From Octopus sinensis (lineage: Eukaryota): a stretch of 64,000 nt of DNA. The DNA is taken from NCBI RefSeq assembly GCF_006345805.1, contig NC_043022.1, positions 3,658,001-3,722,000 of the forward strand, in the 5' to 3' direction. The translations under genes were made by a program, and so were the position numbers. Below the pieces are notes generated by a model. That model worked only from the letters and a program-made list of their open reading frames with translations, had not been told where the DNA came from and made no database searches. Of this stretch, positions 61,134 to 64,000 are shown one piece after another. How positions within the stretch are numbered: the stretch's first letter is position 1; every line of letters starts with the position of its first letter.

Positions 61134-61482
61134 TAATCCATAGGCTGGGATTTCGTTATTTTCTTCCTTTTTTGCCATATACAGGTTACAAATTCTGTTT
61201 GTTTGTGGAGACTTTTTATTAGTAGGAGAAATAGTATCAATTTAGCTGCTATTTCTAATATTTTCGGTATGTGGTTTTGAGCAACTTGTTGCAATTAACC
61301 CTTAATTATAATTATATATATATATATAATTATAGGCGCAGAAGTGGCTGTGTGGTAAGTAGCTTATTTACCGACGGTATGATTCCGGGTTCAGTCCCAC
61401 TGCGTGGCATCTTGGGCAAGTGTCTTTTACTATAGCCTTGTGAGTAGATTTGGTAGATAGAAACTGAAAGAAGCCCGTCGAG

Positions 61483-61525
<43 letters not shown>

Positions 61526-62010
61526 ATGATGTATATATGTGTGTGTGTGTGCGCGCGTCTGTCCCCCACCATCGCTTGACAAGAGAGACCGATAGAATAA
61601 GTACTAGGCTTACAAAGAATAAGTCCTGGGGTCGATTTGCTCGACTAAAGGTGGTGCTCCAGCATGGCCACACTCAAAGTACTGAAACAAGTAAAAGAGT
61701 AAGTACCGGGGTAAACTTGTTCCACTACAATACTTCGAAGCTATGCTCCAACATGGCCACAGTCTAATAATTAATGAGAAAGGACTAGCGTATTTTTTCT
61801 GGAGAGAGAGAGAGACGAGAGGAGAGACGAGAGAGAGAGAGAGAGACAGAGAGAGAGACAGAGAGAGAGAGAGACAGAGAGAGAGAGAGACAGAGAGAGA
61901 AAGAGAGAGAGAGACGAGACAGAGAGAGAAAGAGAGGAGAGAGAGAGAAAGAGAGAGAAAGAAAAGAAAGAGAGAGAAAGAGAGAGAAAGAGAGAGAGGG
62001 AAAGAGAGAA

Positions 62011-62230
62011 CAGCCAATGAAATCGAAGTGGGCGGAGTTTACAAAAAAGTAGGCGGAGTTTAGACGACAAGGCTACCACCAAACCATTGTCGCCTGCTCA
62101 TTCGAGCATTACTAAAGATACGTGCTGTTTGACTGAGTTTTTTTCATTTTTCTTATTTCTCCCGCCGCACAGCTGATGCACTCCAGAGCCAGGCATCAAC
62201 GTCACGGCCTCCCATATAATCAAAGGAAAC
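62011..62230. promoter_or_regulatory. Candidate cis-regulatory module
   Basis: CCAAT at 62014-62018, direct repeat GGCGGAGTTTA (GC-box-like) at 62031 and 62052, and ATCAAAG (TCF/LEF-type) at 62219-62225, all in unique, relatively CpG-rich sequence. Confidence 0.3.
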
Positions 62231-62559
62231 ATATATATTACCTTACATCCACCTCGATAGCAACAGATGTCGCACAGAACAACAAACGTTAGCAATAAAA
62301 GAAAATCAAAATTTAACAAGAGAGTCACTGTGGGTACTGAACCTGCTAAAAATAGCAGCCGGTCAGTCCTAATCCAGTAAATTTACGAGCAAAGGCACTC
62401 CAGCGCTGGCTATCACGTCAACTTTGCCTTTCAGAGTCGATAATATATGTACCAGTTGATTACTGGGGGTCCGCGTACTTTATTTCCTCACCCGAAATTG
62501 CTGGCCTTGCGCCAAAATTGGAAACCATTATTATTACAATTATTATTATTATTATTATT

Positions 62560-62990
62560 AAATTCCGCCGAGGTCGACTTTGCCTTTCATCCTTTCGGGG
62601 CCGATTAAATAAGTACCAAGTTACGCACTGGGGTCGATGTATTCGACTTAGTCCATTTGTCTGTCCTTGTTTGTCCTCTCTCTGTTTAGCCCCTTGTGGG
62701 TAATAAAGAAACAGGTATTTTGTCTGTCTTTACATTCTGAGTTCAAATTCCGCCGAGGTCAACTTTGCCTTTCATTCTTTCGGGGTCGATTAAATAAGTA
62801 CCAGTTACGCACTGGGGTCGATATAATCGATATAATAGGTATTTCGTCTGTCGTTACGTTCTGAGTTCAAATTCCGCCCCGGTCGACTTTGCATTTCATT
62901 CTTTCTAGGTCGATAAATTAAGTACCAGTTACGCACTGGGGGTCGATGTAAATGACTATCCCCTTCCCCCAACTTTCAGGTCTTGTGCTT
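62560..62990 (+). mobile_element. SINE family C trimer-like array
   Basis: Three units joined at (A)TAGGTATTT(C)GTC or ACAGGTATTT junctions. Confidence 0.75.
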
Positions 62991-63076
62991 ATAACAGAAA
63001 TTACTTCTTTTTTTTTTAGCTACACCTCCCTCTCTCATGTCTGGACCAAATCTTAAAAAGACCACATTACACAGTA

Positions 63077-63683
63077 CAGTAATCCCTCGACTATCGCGAC
63101 CCCACTTTTTCCCCCGTGATAAGTGAAAATCCGCGAAGTAGAAACAGTACAGTAGTGTATATTTTTTGCTATTATTTTTATGATTTATTTATATTTATTT
63201 CAGGAGTGGCTGTGTGGGAAGTAGCTTGCTAACCAACCACATGGTTCCGGGTTCAGTCCCACTGCGTGGCATCTTGGGCAAGTGTCTTCTGCTATAGCCT
63301 CGGGCCGACCAATGCCTTGTGAGTGGATTTGGTAGACGGAAACTGAAAAGAAGCCTGTCGTATATATGTATATATATGTGTGTGTGTGTGTCTGTGTTTG
63401 TCCCCCTAGCATTGCTTGACAACCGATGCTGGTGTGTTTGCGTCCCCGTTACTTAGCGGTTCGGCAAAAAAAAGACCGATAGAATAAGTACTGGGCTTAC
63501 AAAGAATAAGTCCCGGGGTCGATTTGCTCGACTAAAGGCGGTGCTCCAGCATGGCCGCAGTTAAATGACTGAAACAGGTAAAAGAGTAAAGAGTATAAAT
63601 GCAAAACAACACCGCGGAGGAATCGACGTAAGCGTCAATAATAAACCGTGATAAGTGAACCGCGATATGGTGAGGGAGTACTG
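63077..63683. mobile_element. Tigger/pogo-like MITE with nested SINE B
   Basis: TA|CAGTAATCCCTCGACTATCGCG ... CGCGATATGGTGAGGGAGTACTG|TA. Confidence 0.7.
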
Positions 63684-64000
63684 TATGTCCTGCCCCTTTT
63701 AGCAGAATCTGGTGTGGTTTAGCTGCTATTTTTAGCAGGTCCAGTACCCACAGTGACCCCTCCGTCATCTCGTTGACAAACATGTGACTTGCAGGACGCC
63801 GCAAAACTTAAATCACCCGTTTTCTTTTCTCCAAGTGTACTCCAAGGTGAACTATGCTTGAAAAACTAGCATAGTCTTTCTGAACTAGACCGAGTTCGAT
63901 CCTAGGTCTACTCAATCAGGACTAACCTAGGGTTACCACACACAACGCCATGATGCTTCACAAATTTTTTTTTTTTACTTGTTTCAGTCATTTTGACTGC

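Overview
Repeat-dense, AT-rich animal genomic DNA. The SINE families and introns suggest an octopus (inference). Two convergent genes are present. RFC5 is on + with its last three coding exons at 471-548, 1584-1638 and 3779-3881. A TRAF4 orthologue is on - with six conserved exons from 16635 down to 5324, and their candidate poly(A) signals lie within about 40 bp of each other. The canonical RING-encoding first exon of TRAF4 was not found. An in-phase candidate alternative first coding exon at 36539-36663 would give a RING-less isoform. The remainder is mostly intronic: four or more SINE families, non-autonomous Helitrons, MITEs, RTE LINE fragments, microsatellites and minisatellites. The most notable observations are: (1) several type I hammerhead-ribozyme motifs of the Penelope-associated minimal class, one essentially intact on the TRAF4 sense strand (14382-14472) and one inside a TIR-bounded element; (2) a ~6.4 kb, 29-bp-unit satellite that reads as a dense ACUAAC (branch-point/STAR-protein motif) array on the TRAF4 pre-mRNA strand and includes a block of perfect CRE palindromes; (3) SINE multimers each bounded by a single target-site duplication. 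All assignments were made by eye, with no database search.
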